Positions 48,952-61,759 of a stretch of DNA of 64,000 nt are shown here, in pieces. The stretch covers positions 68,016,001-68,080,000 of the forward strand of contig NW_024704743.1 in assembly GCF_018977255.1 (NCBI RefSeq). The letters are read 5' to 3'. The notes beneath the pieces are model-generated. The model made no database searches. It had not been told where the DNA came from and saw only the letters and a list, made by a program, of their open reading frames with translations. Every line of letters starts with the position of its first letter. Positions within the stretch are counted from its first letter, which is position 1. This DNA is from Callorhinchus milii (Eukaryota). Position numbers and translations under genes: made by a program.

Positions 48952-50300
48952 CAATTCCATGCCCCCCAGAAATGAATGTTACCTGGTACAATTGGCAAGG
49001 TGCTGTGAAGTGATATAGTGGCTCATACAGCTAAGAGTAAACATATTGATCCATCATCATCAATAATATATCTGCATACAATTAATGAACATTTCACAGT
49101 CTGCACAATCATTGACACTGTATCATAACGCCTTTTATTAATGAAGAAAATCTGACATTTCATTGCCAAGCATGTTATTTTGGAGCTTGCTCAGCTTCCA
49201 AGTAGACCCTGCTTGTAACCCAACCCACCAGGTGGAGTCACTGAACAGTATAAGATATATATCAGATGGTCAGTTTCCCAAATATCCTAATTTCACCAGA
49301 AACTCCATGCCATTATCAATATTAATTCAGGCAATAAGAGCCTAAAAAGTACTGCATTGCTCTAGCTCCGCTAAGGTGATCCCAGTTTATCTCGCATGGC
49401 TTCCATTAGAGTGAGAAACTAAAGCTGAGATACTATTAGGACTTCATAGTGATGAATATCCACTATTCATGAGCCCAATACTAGATTCTGGGAATTCAAG
49501 TGGAGCAATAACAATAACAGTGCAGTAACAATGTTCTGACCCTAAATGCCTTTATTATTATTTCCAGAGAAATAATTACATTTGTAAAACTAAATGCAAT
49601 AAATTGATACTGTACCATTTTGAGACTTTTTTAAATCTTGTTAACAGGTTGTCCAATTTGAACAGTTTGGATTATTTCTACACTATCTAATTGAAATGTC
49701 AATGATCCACTGTACAGTGGATCAAATTAATAACAACAATAACAACAAAATTACATTTGTATAGCGCCTTTCACATTGAGAGGACATCCCAAGGTGCTGA
49801 CCAGTCAGTGTTTCAGATCCGAGCTGGGGGTCTGGGTCGGGGATGGTGGAGGGCAGAAGGACGGTGATCGAAAGCACGGTCGAAGAGGAGGGTCTTGAGT
49901 TGGGTCTTGAAGGAGGCAAGGGAGGCGGCGAGGCGGAGGGACTGCAGGCTGGAGTTCCAGAGGGTGGGAGCAGAGTGGCAGAAGGCCCGCCTGCCAATGG
50001 TGGGGCGGGCGAGGTGGGGGACGTTAAGCAGGCCGGAGTCCGCTGAGTGGAGGGAGTGGGCAGGATGGTCGGGGGTTAGGAGGTTGCAGAGGCAGGGGGA
50101 GCAAAACCATGGAGGGCTTTGTAGATGAGGTCCAGGATGTTGAACTGTATCATGGGAAGCCAGTGGAGTCGGGTGAGGATGGAGGTGATAAGGTCACGGA
50201 GGCTAATGTGGGAGAGGACACGGCTGCAGAGTTCTGGATGATATGCAGCCTATGGAGGGAGGAGTTAGCGAGGCCAACAAGCAGGGAGCTTGCATAGTCA
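48952..50300. repeat. Copy 2 (probable donor) of the duplication; unique part 48952-49724, then L2 3' fragment 49725-50300 on minus
   Basis: Same sequence with two extra hairpin-like segments; L2 part reads LDYASSLLVGLANSSLHRLHIIQN. Confidence 0.95.
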
Positions 50301-50569
50301 AGATCAACACTAACATTGTTGCTGTGTGCCATTAGGAAGGATTCCGGTATGGATTGAAGACTAAAAAGAAAAGATTGTAACATTACCAGCCACACGTTCA
50401 TCACCGCACAGAAATGCTGGTCTAAGACGACAAGAAAATAGTTCCAACAATATAGTAGTACCACAGTTCCAAAGACTGCTTCAGACCAAAATATACATTG
50501 TAAACCTTAGATTACAGGCAACACTGTGGTTGTTGGGTATATATGAATGAATTGTTGAACACTGATAAC

Positions 50570-51392
50570 ACTGACAGAGATGTACAAAATTATGAGGTGA
50601 ATAGGGAATTACCAGTGAATAGGGAAAAACAGTTTCCACTACTTGGGAAATCAATGGTTATGGATTTATGGATTATGGTTATAGATTTATGGACTATGAT
50701 TATAGATTTGAGATCGGCATAAGAAGAGTCAAAGGAGAGTTTAGGAGATTTCTTTTAACAATCTCACACAGAGAGTTGTTGGGATTGAAATGGCCTGCCA
50801 TGTAAAGTGGTAGAGGCAGAATCCATTGCGGTATTAAAGAAGAGGCAAGTAGACTGGTATATGGAAGATGGTGGATTGAAGGGGTTTGGGCATGCAATGG
50901 GATGAAAGTATAACTTGCTCTATACAGTGCATATTGGGGTGCCATCTGAAAATGGCAAGTGCGCATGATCATGGTGAGTGCAGACGTGCACAAGTCTTAA
51001 AGGGAGCATCCCCAAAAAATTTGTGCACATCCTGTGTGCTGTGAACCTGTCCACACTCCCCGCTAAGAGGGAGGGATAGGGAGGGGGTACAAGACCCAAT
51101 TTGTAACTGCGCCCTACAAAGGGCAGCGGAACCCCAAGGCGGGGAAGCCTTGGTCCCTTCACCAAAGTGGAGTGCGCAGAGGCCACCCCTCCCACTCCTG
51201 CTAAAGGGGCCGGGTCTGTTGCATCCTGCTACGGGATAATAACATATTTTGCCTTTTTTCTGTAACAGGTTTGATACTGTTTGAGATGAGCATAAATATA
51301 TATCAACAAATAAATATATATATATTTTTAAAAATTGCTCTGGGAGCGAGCGCAGACTTGATGGGCCTAATGGTTGTACATTTCTATGATTT
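50570..51392 (+). mobile_element. Decayed CR1 3' fragment split by an insertion at 50922-51334
   Basis: acacagagagttgttgggattgaaatggcctgcc (TQRVVG..NGLP); tail gcagacttgatgggcctaatgg..tttctatgatt. Confidence 0.75.
50922..51334 (+). mobile_element. Unclassified retroposed insertion (413 bp), stem-loop rich, A/T-rich tail
   Basis: 7-bp TSD TTGCTCT (50915-50921, 51335-51341); AATAAA near 51309 and terminal A run. Confidence 0.65.
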
Positions 51393-52280
51393 TAAGAGAT
51401 TCCAAGTTTCAAAATGTACAATGTTTTCTGCAGAAATGTACTGCAATCCAAGTCTCACAGTAAAATGCTATGAATTGATCAGTTAATATTTGCTACAAGC
51501 TCCTTCATAAACAACACAGTCGGATGAGTATTTAGTGCAGTTACTATGGATCACTTCACCAGCTAACAAAGGAACACACATTATCTGCGCTCGGTTGAAT
51601 GTGAAGCCTTGGGCAAACTCAAAGCTATGGATCACATCAGAATTTTCCACTGTTTTCCTTCAGATTGAAGTTGCCCTATACATTTTCATATGAGTGAAAA
51701 TGATCAAATGACCTCATTATAATTGTTATGATAATGTTCATACTTCAAGACTCCTCTCCCCAATAACATGTTTCCAATGTTCTTAAATATTTTATGACAT
51801 GGGGACAGAATTTTTTAAATATATAATGATAGATCTGAAAAGAGCAACGTAAAGTTTGAGCCACAATTTTTGCAGAGGCACCTATATCTGTCACAACACT
51901 GCAAATCTACAAGCAATTAATTTGAAACAGTTCCGTTGCCCTACTGCTAATTATGTTGCACGTTGAAAGGATATGACCAAGGATACAAATTAATATTAAT
52001 ATTAATTAATATTCTTGGTTATTTTCCTAAAGTAGGTCTTGAAGTTGAACTAGTTCTTGACATCTCTTTTCATCCAAATTTCTAAATATCTGCTACATAT
52101 GAAACCATTTGAAAGAGTAATGTAAAAAATGAAGGAAAACACTGGGGGGGTCTTATCTGAATTGACATTTTATCATAATAATCCTATGATTATTTATATT
52201 TCCTTATCAAAAGAAAATATTTTCTATTAGATAAGTCATGAAAATTACATGAACTCTACATATGTTTCCAATTTATACGT

Positions 52281-52550
52281 CAGCCTGGCTCAGTAAGTAG
52301 CACTTTCTCCTCCTGACGTGAAAGACACTGTACAAATGTAATTTGTTCTTGTTGTTCTTGTTGAGTTAGAAGGTTGTGGGTTCAACCCCCACATTGGGCT
52401 TTGAGCTCAAATCTAGGCTGACACTCCAGTACTGCATTTTTGGAGATGCTATCCTTCAGATGAGGCATTAAATTGAGGCCCCGTCTGCATGTTCAGGTGG
52501 ATGTTAAAGATTCTGTGGCACTATTCGAAAAGAAAAGGGAGTTTCTCCAA
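52281..52550 (+). mobile_element. Deu-domain SINE 5' part with a ~50-bp L2 tail inserted in its head (~52311-52363); followed by a CR1 RT remnant (~52550-52900)
   Basis: cagcctggctcagtaagtagcac..[tcctgacgtgaaagacactgtacaaatgtaatttgttcttgttg]..gagttagaaggttgtgggttc; DVVQLEFQEVFDKVSHKR. Confidence 0.8.
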
Positions 52551-53234
52551 AGAGCATGCACAAGGAAATGCAGCAGATGTGGTGCAATTGGAATTCCAGG
52601 AGGTCTTTGATAAGGTGTCACATAAGAGATTCATGGCAGGTGGAGTAAAGAGAGATGCCTGGAAAGTAGAAAACAAAGAGTGGGAGTTGAGGACAGCTTC
52701 TCAGACTGGCAAGAAATGGGAAGCAGTGCCCCACAGGGTTCTGTGCCAGCACTGCTACTGTTCACTATGCACATAAATTATTTGGATTCAGATATGGAAG
52801 GTTTGGTGTCAGATGACATGGGGGCACGGGGGAATACCTTAAAGGATTGCATAAAGATGCAGGAAGACATAAATTGGCTTACAGAATGGTAGATAATGCA
52901 GTTAATTGAATTGCGAACTTGAAACAACAATTGCCCATTTTTATTGGCAACTCCATTAATACTTTTGAAGTGCTTTGAAATGTCTCAATGACATGATAAA
53001 ACACTATATCAAATGCAAGGCTAATATTATTATATCATTATATTCAACAGCAGTTTTAAAGTTGAGCTCTTAGCAGGATTTTGAAAACAGATCAACAAAT
53101 CAAAATCACTTTTGTTTTAAAAGACCCCCCCAAAAAAATCCAAGACATATTTTAAATTTAAAGTTTTTTACAAGAATAAATCCAAAATTATCATTTTAGT
53201 CTGGATAGAAGTTTGAAGCTGTTACAGTAGGTAT

Positions 53235-53655
53235 AATAATAATAATAATCCTTTCTTTTGATAGGTCATCTATCACATCAGAGAGACATCTCAAAATGCT
53301 TTACAGGCTATCCTGCGAAGTGGTTGGACAGCACGTATGTACTTTGGCAGTCAATTTGGGCACAGCAATGGTCAACAACAGCAAATTAAATAATTGACCA
53401 ATTTTATTTTGGGAGATTGTTGGCCAAGACACCAGGAGAAACTCCCTTCTCTTTTTTAACAGATGGGATCTTTAACGTCCATTTGAACAAACAGATGGGA
53501 CCTTGGTTGAACATCTCATCCGAAGGACTGCACTTTTGACAATGCAACACTCCCCTAGCACTGCCTCAGCATAGACGAAATGGGTTCCAAGCCTCAACAT
53601 AGGGCTTGAATTACAACTTTCTGACTCAGAGACGAGAGTGCTGCCAGATGAGCCA
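53235..53655 (-). mobile_element. Deu-domain SINE, near full length
   Basis: Head ggctcatctggcagcactctcgtctctgagtcagaaagttg on minus; Deu core; (ATT)n tail. Confidence 0.85.
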
Positions 53656-54509
53656 AATTAACACACAGTATTGATTTAAAGGAAATGCTGCATTAAGGCT
53701 TTCCTCCTATTTATTTAGCATTGTCATAAAACCATCTAAGCAGTAATCAGAAATAAAGGAATACTCCAAAATAGAGATCATAGGTGACTTTTAGAAATTA
53801 AGTGCTGTAATATATTGTAAATATACTTAAAAAAATGATAACTGGCCATAAAGTGGCAGATCTCTTGCTGTGGGGCACTATCCTTATGGTTTATTCAAGG
53901 CAGAAGTTCAGTAATACAATGTTCTATCTGTGACTCTTAATTCCAACCCTAATCTTACCCATGCCCCTCCAGGGCAAACAGAAACCAATGCACAGCATAT
54001 CATAATATCATATTTTTATAGCCAGGCTTGAAAAGAATATAAATAGGGCAGCACACATCAGGATGCTTGTCACCACATCGTAAGTTAATATCCTTTTAAC
54101 CTATAAATAAGTTATTTTGAGATTCAGTGTAAAATTCAGCACAATACTGATCTAGCTATGACTGTCTATCTTTCAGGTTATTGACTTTAAGGTTAGAGCG
54201 TGTGTTTATATATCCACAATTTCTTTGGATTACTACAGACCTACCTGGCTTTGATTGGACTCTACTAGTGAAATAAATCAAGGATAAGGCCAGAGAGATT
54301 CCAACATCTCTGCAAATCTCCACAGGAGCGGGGAAAAGCCACATAGTGATTCCCAGTTCCCACTGACTCAACCTCAGCCTAGCTCCCCTTCCTTTGGACC
54401 TAAATGTTTGCAATAATCTACTTAAGTCCTTTAGTAAAGCCATTTCTAGTTGTATCCTCACCTTTGGTGGCATGAAATGTGTAATATTTGAAGACTGAGG
54501 AACTAATAT

Positions 54510-54910
54510 AATAATAATAATAATCATTACATTTGATGTAACACCTTATCGTGTCATTGAGACACGATAAGGTGCTATCAAAATCCTTTACTATAAAGTG
54601 GAGTGACTGTATTTTGTGGACGAACTCGGTAGCCAGTTGTGCACAATAATGTCCCACAAACAGTAGTGGATTTTTGGCTAGGACACCAGGAGCAACTCCT
54701 TTCTCTTTTTTAGGATAGCTCTGTGGGATCTTTAACTACTGAACAGGCAGATGGGAACTCGGTTTAATGTCTCATCCGAAGGACGGCACCTCCAACAATG
54801 CAACACACCAACACTGAATTGGAGTGTCAGCTTAGGCTACGTGATTCGGGTATTGGCTTGAATCTATAACCTTCTGATTCAGAGGCGAGATGGGTGCCAC
54901 TAAGCCAGGC
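54510..54910 (-). mobile_element. Deu-domain SINE, near full length, with a fold-back in the tail
   Basis: gaacaggcagatgggaactcggtttaatgtctcatccgaaggacggcacctcc core. Confidence 0.85.
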
Positions 54911-56424
54911 CTACACACATATTCCAAAGAGATGAGTGCCACATATGATTAAAGGAATGAGCAGATTATACCATGGTACTTAAAATGATGAGCAGGTTGT
55001 TAACTGGATGAGCAGTTTATTCTATTTAATAGGAATAAGTATTCTGATCATAAGAATTTAGATATGACTGCAGGTACTCCATCCCAAATTAGATTTCCTC
55101 ATTGCAAACATTAACTTATTTCTCGAGATTGGCAAGGAGGGGCAATAGATGTCTTGGACAGACAGCTACCACCACCTACCAGAGATATTGCTACGTCTAT
55201 GAATATAAAGTCTTCATATCAACTCAGATCTCAGAGAAGGAAGATGGATTTCTTTATATTGCCAATGGACAATTTTGCCACACTTATTTTGCCACAAGTA
55301 TCCAAGCCAGAATGAAATTCCACATTTACATGCCACCTACAAATGGAAAATTTCCCCATGGAATGGAATGCCCACTCTATCCCTGGAGAGATGCACTCTG
55401 CTTACTTAATTCTGGAAGGTATAGTCACTCTGTATTAGTAAGAAAAGACAGCAGCCACAGCAGGTCCCACATACAGCAATAAGAGGGTTATTGGTCAAGA
55501 TCCCAGAAATATACTGTAAAATGGTGTTACTGTGTGTATTTTGTGGGTGAATACAGCAGCTAGTATGTGCAACGCAATACCCCACAAACAGCCACGGAGT
55601 GAGTGACCAATTTTATTTGGGAGGATTGTCGGCCAGGATACCGGGAGGAACTAATTTCCTATTTGTGGTGCATGTGGGCTGCGAGTCATGCTGGTGAGTT
55701 AAACATCACTTTGTGAGTTGTAAACAGAGGGATATAAAAATCTAAATTGTAACGGTGTTGGCCCTGTTGTTAGCTAAATCTGTCCTTTGAACATGTTTAC
55801 ATAGCACTTTATCTCATCTAGACCACTCCACCTTTGTGCAGTTCGATGATGAAGGCAGATTGCCTGGGGAATTAATAGCAAATTAGAAAGCAGTGTTTGA
55901 TTTCAGTCACATAACGAATGCTACAGGCACAAAAAGTGGCCATGCTTTTGGTTGATACCGTACCTTGAAGTGAGGAGGAGGATGTCTGAAATCATGTCAG
56001 TTGCAAAAGATAACAGCATTTCAGCTCAGAGCTTTTGTGCCAAGAATGCCTAGGAACTGTTCCAGAGAAATACATGAAATCAATTTAAAAATGTATATAT
56101 TTTTAACACTTATGGAACAGAGAAATGCACTCTAATAAGGCACAGCCTCAAAATAAGTTCATTGTAAAAAGACAGCCTTACAAGAAATCCACTGTAATAA
56201 GGAATATAATATCACCAGTTAGCAGTACTGTCAGCAGGACTGTGATCAGCCTTTGTTCTTCTGCAACTGCAGTTTCACTTTATTTACAGTTGGTTTCACT
56301 AACTGTAATCAAATAATACAGTGGGCTTTAGCATGAACATTTCTGAACTGAACCACTGCTTTATCCGAAATGCAAAAAACCTAGGAGACAGAAGTACAGA
56401 TGTGTTGGTTTTAAGTTGATAAGA

Positions 56425-57045
56425 AACAACAACAACAAATTACATTTGCATAACGCCTTTCACATTGGGAGGACATCCCAAGATGTTAGACAGTCAGGGA
56501 TTTGGACCCGAGCTGGGAGTTGGGATCAGAAGGAGTAGGAAGGTGAGGGGCAGAAAGGTGTCCAAAGGTGCTGTCGAAGAGGAATGTCTTGAGATATGAC
56601 TTGAAGGAGACAAGGGAGGGAGCAAGGAGAAGAGATTGTGGGGTGCAGTTCCAAAGGGTGAGGGCAGAGAGGCTGAAGGCTTGATCGTCAATGGTGGGAC
56701 GGGCTGGAGCCTGCTGAGTGGCGGGAACAGACAGGTTGATAAGGATTCAACAGGTCACAGTGGTAGGGAGGAGCAAGGCCGTGGAGGGTTTTGAAGGCAA
56801 GGATGTGGATTTTGAACTGTGTCCTCTGGGTGATGTGGAGCCAGTGGAGCTGGGCAAAGGTGGGGGTGATGGGGTCACGGAGCCTGGTGTGAGGGAAGAA
56901 TGGGAAGGACGACAAGCAAGGAGTTGGCACAGTCGAGCCTAGATGTAATAAATGCGTGGATGAGGGGTTCGGCGGCCAGAGGGGAGAGGCAGTGGCGTAG
57001 CCAGGCGATGTTGTGGAGGTGGGGGAAGGCAGAGCGGGTCATGGC
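56425..57045 (-). mobile_element. L2 3' fragment
   Basis: LIHAFITSRLDCAN, LHWLHITQRTQFKI; (AAC)n tail. Confidence 0.9.
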
Positions 57046-58050
57046 ATCAAAGAGTTGTGGGTTCACAAGGCCCCATGTTGAGACTTGAATGCAAAGACCA
57101 GGCTTGATGTTTCAATACAATACTAGGGGAGTGCAGTGTTGTCAAAAGTTCCATCATTTAAATGAAATGTTAAACTAAAATCCAGGGGACATTATTTAAA
57201 AGGAGAAGATAATTTCTCTCAGTGTCCTGGTCAACAATCTTCCAAATGATCATTCACTTCATTGCTGTTTGTGGGATTTTGTTGTGTGGAAAATGGCTGC
57301 ATACAGATGCACAATCACTACACTTGACAGCAATTACCAATGAAATTCGTTGAGAATATTTGATGTTTATAGATGCCCAGTGAGATTCACGCTCACTGTG
57401 TTTATTCCCTATAGATGCAAACCACACTCTTCCTGAGACCACCTTCTCAAAGATGATTAGTGATAATTCACATAATCTAATTTTCTATTTATGCTGCAGA
57501 TTTGGCAGTCAGGCCCAACCACAATTCTGACCTATTCAGTATAAGTGGCTATTTGACTTCTGGTTATCACACAGACAGTAATGCTCCAAATTCTTATATG
57601 CAGCATCACAATCAAAGTTATGATGTCCAATTGCTGGATAGCTGAAATAATCAGTTTATGAACTATAAAAGCAGCAAATTAAGCCCTTGATGCCTCTGCA
57701 GCACCAAACAGCAATTATGCCAATGAAGTTCAGTGCAATAGCAGAACAGCTCATTTCAGGGAGCAGGCAATCTTCACTATGGCAGAGGCTATGGGCAAGA
57801 GAGCAGCAATTTTTCTAAATGGATTTAATTTTTTCAACAGGAGGAAAGGCTCATAGAAGCTGAATATCATCTCCAGAAATGAAGGAATTTAGCACCAAAG
57901 TGTCAGTTGGCAGCACGCTTGTCTCTGACTAAGAAAGTTGTGGGTTCAAGCTCCAGGACCTCAAGCACATAGTCTAGGCTGACACACCTGTGCAGTACTG
58001 GAGATGTACTGTATTGTCAGAGATGCTGCCCATTGCATGAAATGTTAAAC

Positions 58051-59279
58051 CTGTGATCAGGGCTCCCTTTGCCTCCTTGTCCTCCTCGACCTCTTTGCTG
58101 CCTTCGACACTGTCGACCACTTCATCCTCATACACCGCCTCTCCTCCTTACTTAATCTTCACGGACCTGCCCTTGCCTGGTTCGATTCCTATCTCTCTCA
58201 CCGTCTCCACTTTGTTGCCTCCAACAGTTTCTCCTCCAGCCCCCACACTGTCACGTCTGGTGTCCCCCAGGGCTCCGTCCTTGGCCCTCTCCTCTTTAAT
58301 TTCTACATGCTCCCCCTTGGTGACATCATCCGCAGACATGGGGTTAACTTTCATATGTATGCGGATGACACCCAACTCTATCTTTCTGCATCCACCCTCA
58401 ACTCCAGGACCACTGCTGTCCTGACAGACTGCCTGTTGGACATCAAGTCCTGGATAAGGGCAAACTTCCTACAGTTGAATGTGAACAAGACTGAGGCCGT
58501 CCTGATTGGCTCGCGCCAGTGCCTCAGCACCTCAGGCTCTGGAAACATCAACCTCCATGGTTGTACACTTCAACTCACCAAGCCAGTCAGGAACCTAGGT
58601 GTCTTGTTCGAACATCAACTGTCTTTTCTTTCCCACATCCAAGCCATGACCCCCTCTGCCTTCCCTCACCTCCGTAACATCGCCCGACTCCGCCACTACC
58701 TCACCCCTCAGGCCACTTAAACTCTTGTTCATGCCTTCATCACCTCCAGGCTCGACTATGCAAACGCCCTGCTTGTCGGCCTTCCCAACTCCTCCCTCCA
58801 CAGGCTGCAGATAATCCAGAACTCTGCAGCCCGTGTCTTCTCCCGCACCAAACTCCGTGACCCTATCTCCCCCATTCTCACCCGTCTCCATTGGCTCCCT
58901 ATCCTTCAGAGGATCCATTTCAAACTCCTGGTCCTCACCAACAAAGTACTCAAAGTTTTGCCCCACCCTATCTCTGTGACCTCCTAACCCTCTACCAACC
59001 CACCTGCTCCCTCTGTTCAGCCGGCTCTGGCCTGCTCCACGACCCCAACTCACCCGCTCCACCATTGGCGGGAGAGCCTTCAGCCACTCTGCCCCCAACC
59101 TCTGGAACTCCAGCCCCCAATCACTCTGCCTTCGACCATGCCATTGGTTACCCCCCTTCCCCTCCCCTCCCTTCTCCCCCCTGACCCCAGCTCGGGTCTG
59201 AAATGCTGTACACTGTCCAGCGCCTTGGCGTCCTCCCGATGTGAAAGGCACTACACAAATGTAATTCTGTTGTTGTTGT
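58051..59279 (+). mobile_element. L2 LINE (RT domain to tail) inserted in a Deu-domain SINE (~57895-58050 and ~59280-59447)
   Basis: ORF 58307-58720 [25 protein letters not shown] nearly identical to the 7297-8076 copy; SINE reads ..gaaatgttaaac | aaagtcccatctgcctattcaggtgg.. across it. Confidence 0.93.
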
Positions 59280-61159
59280 AAATCAAAGTCCCATCTGCCT
59301 ATTCAGGTGGATGTTAATCATCCATGCCATAATTTGAAAGAAGGGATTTTCTCCTGGTATCCTGGCCAACAATCCCCCAAATAAAACTAGTCATTCAAAT
59401 CATGGCTGTTTTGGGACATTGTTGTTTGCAAATTGGCTGCTGCATTCAACAACAACAATAACAACTTGCATTTAGCAGCTGAAGCAGAAAGGGAGGGGAG
59501 GTGACCAAAGACACGGTCAAAGAAGAAAGTCTTCAGGTGTGATTTGAAGATGGCCAGAGAGGGGGCAAGACAGAGAGTTGAAGCAGGGAGTTCCAGAAAT
59601 TCAGGGTGCAGTGGCTGAAAGCATGACCAGCAATTGTGGAACGGAGGACACAAGAGAAGAAGACTTGAGCCAGCTAAGCGAAGATGACGGGTAGAAGAGT
59701 GGGGTGTGAGCAGTTCAGAGAAGTGATCAGGCACTATATCAAACGCAAGGATTATCATTATATTATCAAGAAAACAACAAAGATAAATGTATACATCTAT
59801 CAGAGTAACCGAAGGAGATTCCCAACAGATGTCCCAAATCTTCTACTGGGAAAAAAATTGAAAGTAGATTCCTCTCCTAAATTTGACAAAGATCTTCCCT
59901 ATGTCTTTATTGACTTCATTCTCAATCATAATGTTGGCTTTTAAAATAGAACAGGACCCCTTGCTCACAGCCTCAGCACAATGGTAGAGTTCAGGGTAAT
60001 CTCAATGTAGAAGTCTACTTTTAAATTTAAAATTGACATTTCAACATTTTACATCTGAAACTTAATTATCCTGTAGTTTTACTGGATTCCTGACTAATTA
60101 GAAGGGAAGCAGGTGTGAGCAGAGGCCTTGGGAGCTGTACTCTCAGTGTAGAGGCTGAGTTAACACTGGTGGGTGCCTTGAGATGTTCAGATGATGTGAA
60201 AGTCAACAAAAACTACAATTTGCCTTCATATGGTGCCCATCATGGAGCACCTAACGATGGCAGAGTTTGACACCGATCTGGAGAGAAAGTCGAAGAGAAA
60301 AGATTTCAGGTGTGAGATGGGCAAAGAGGGGGTAAGGAGGCAGGGAGTTCAAAAAGTTATTATTCACGTATAGATTGTCATTACTGTAAATCAATGAACA
60401 CATGGCAATTTTCCTAAAGCATTCCATGTGGTTTTAACATGAAGAATGAGTTAAAGAATGTTGCAAATTTTACTGCAGATTTTCTAAACATGGCTATCTG
60501 AAGACTCTTAAATGTAAGTAATGGGGATTTTTGAAAATTGGATTTCATAACAGAACCCATTATTTGGATAAGAAGTTATAAATGATCTCATAATTGTCTG
60601 ACCAGTTTGCATTTTAGTTTGGCAGATCAGGTGCATTGGTCAGTTGGGTAATACAAACAGAACCCATTGCCACTGTTAAGAGTTCCCAATCCAGAAAGAG
60701 AGTTCCACATATTGTCTGGAATGGAGAGTTCACTCTTTCTCCAGAGGCACGCAATCTGCTCACCTGGTTCCTAGACAGAGGTTGGCCAACAATCCCCCAG
60801 ATAAAACTGGTAATTCACTGGTTCCCAAATTGGCTGCTGCATTTGCCACTCAACTCAAATTTAACATTGATTTTTCAAAACACTACAATTTTAATTTTCT
60901 TATACTGTAAACTTTCTATGTTTTCTAGCCATTTCCCAAGTAAGTGCTGGGTTGCTTGGGAATGGACTATAATATGAGGCACTTTACATCCACCAATTAT
61001 TTATGGTTTGCTTGCTGCATAAGTTTAGTATTGTGAAGGACACGCATATAGTCATCAAAGAGCTTTGTACACATGCCCTGGCAAGGAAAGAGGCTGAGCT
61101 CAAGGAATTATACAAAAATCAATGTGGTCACATTGGGACGGCAGATTAAAGCATTTCAC

Positions 61160-61710
61160 ATTGCTGGTCTCCCCTCCTCCACTATTCACAAAATCCAGCT
61201 CATTCAAAACTCCGCTGCCCTCATTCTCACCCACACTGAGCTTTGTACCCCGATTACCCCAGTCTTTGCCAAACTCCACTGGCTCCCTGTCACAGAGCGG
61301 ATCGACTTCAAGATCCTCACTCTAGTGTTTAAATCCTTCCATTCCTTGGCACCCCCCTATCTCTCTAACCTCCTCCCTCCCCACAGCTGTACCCACTGTC
61401 TCTGCTCTACTGAGTCTGGTCTCCTCCATGTCCTCCGAATCCTCCACCATCAGCGCCGTGCCTTCAGCCACTACACCCCAAAACTTTGGAACTCCCTCCC
61501 TCAAACCCTTCGCCTCTCCCCCTCCTTCCCCATCTTCAGGTCGTGCCTGAAGACCTTCCTTTTCGACTGCGCCTACGGTCACCTTCCCCCGCACCCCCAC
61601 CCCCCTCACCCCTTCACCCGGCTCGGCCTGGGGCTCCACCACTGTTAACCGCTCTGAGACACCACCCGACATGGAGGGCGCTATATAAGTGCATGTTGTT
61701 GTTGTTGTTT
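61160..61710 (+). mobile_element. L2 3' fragment (different subfamily) with tail
   Basis: ORF 61073-61648 LAGLP-like IAGLPSSTIHKIQLIQNSAA..LHWLPVTERIDFKIL..LWNSLP; (GTT)n tail. Confidence 0.9.
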
Positions 61711-61759
61711 CAACTGAAGGCCTTTTCCATGCTATTGTAACCATCACTGCTAATACCAC

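Noticed and set aside
55102..55482. 126-aa plus-strand ORF in unique sequence
   Set aside because: Non-ATG start, no recognisable motif or splice support
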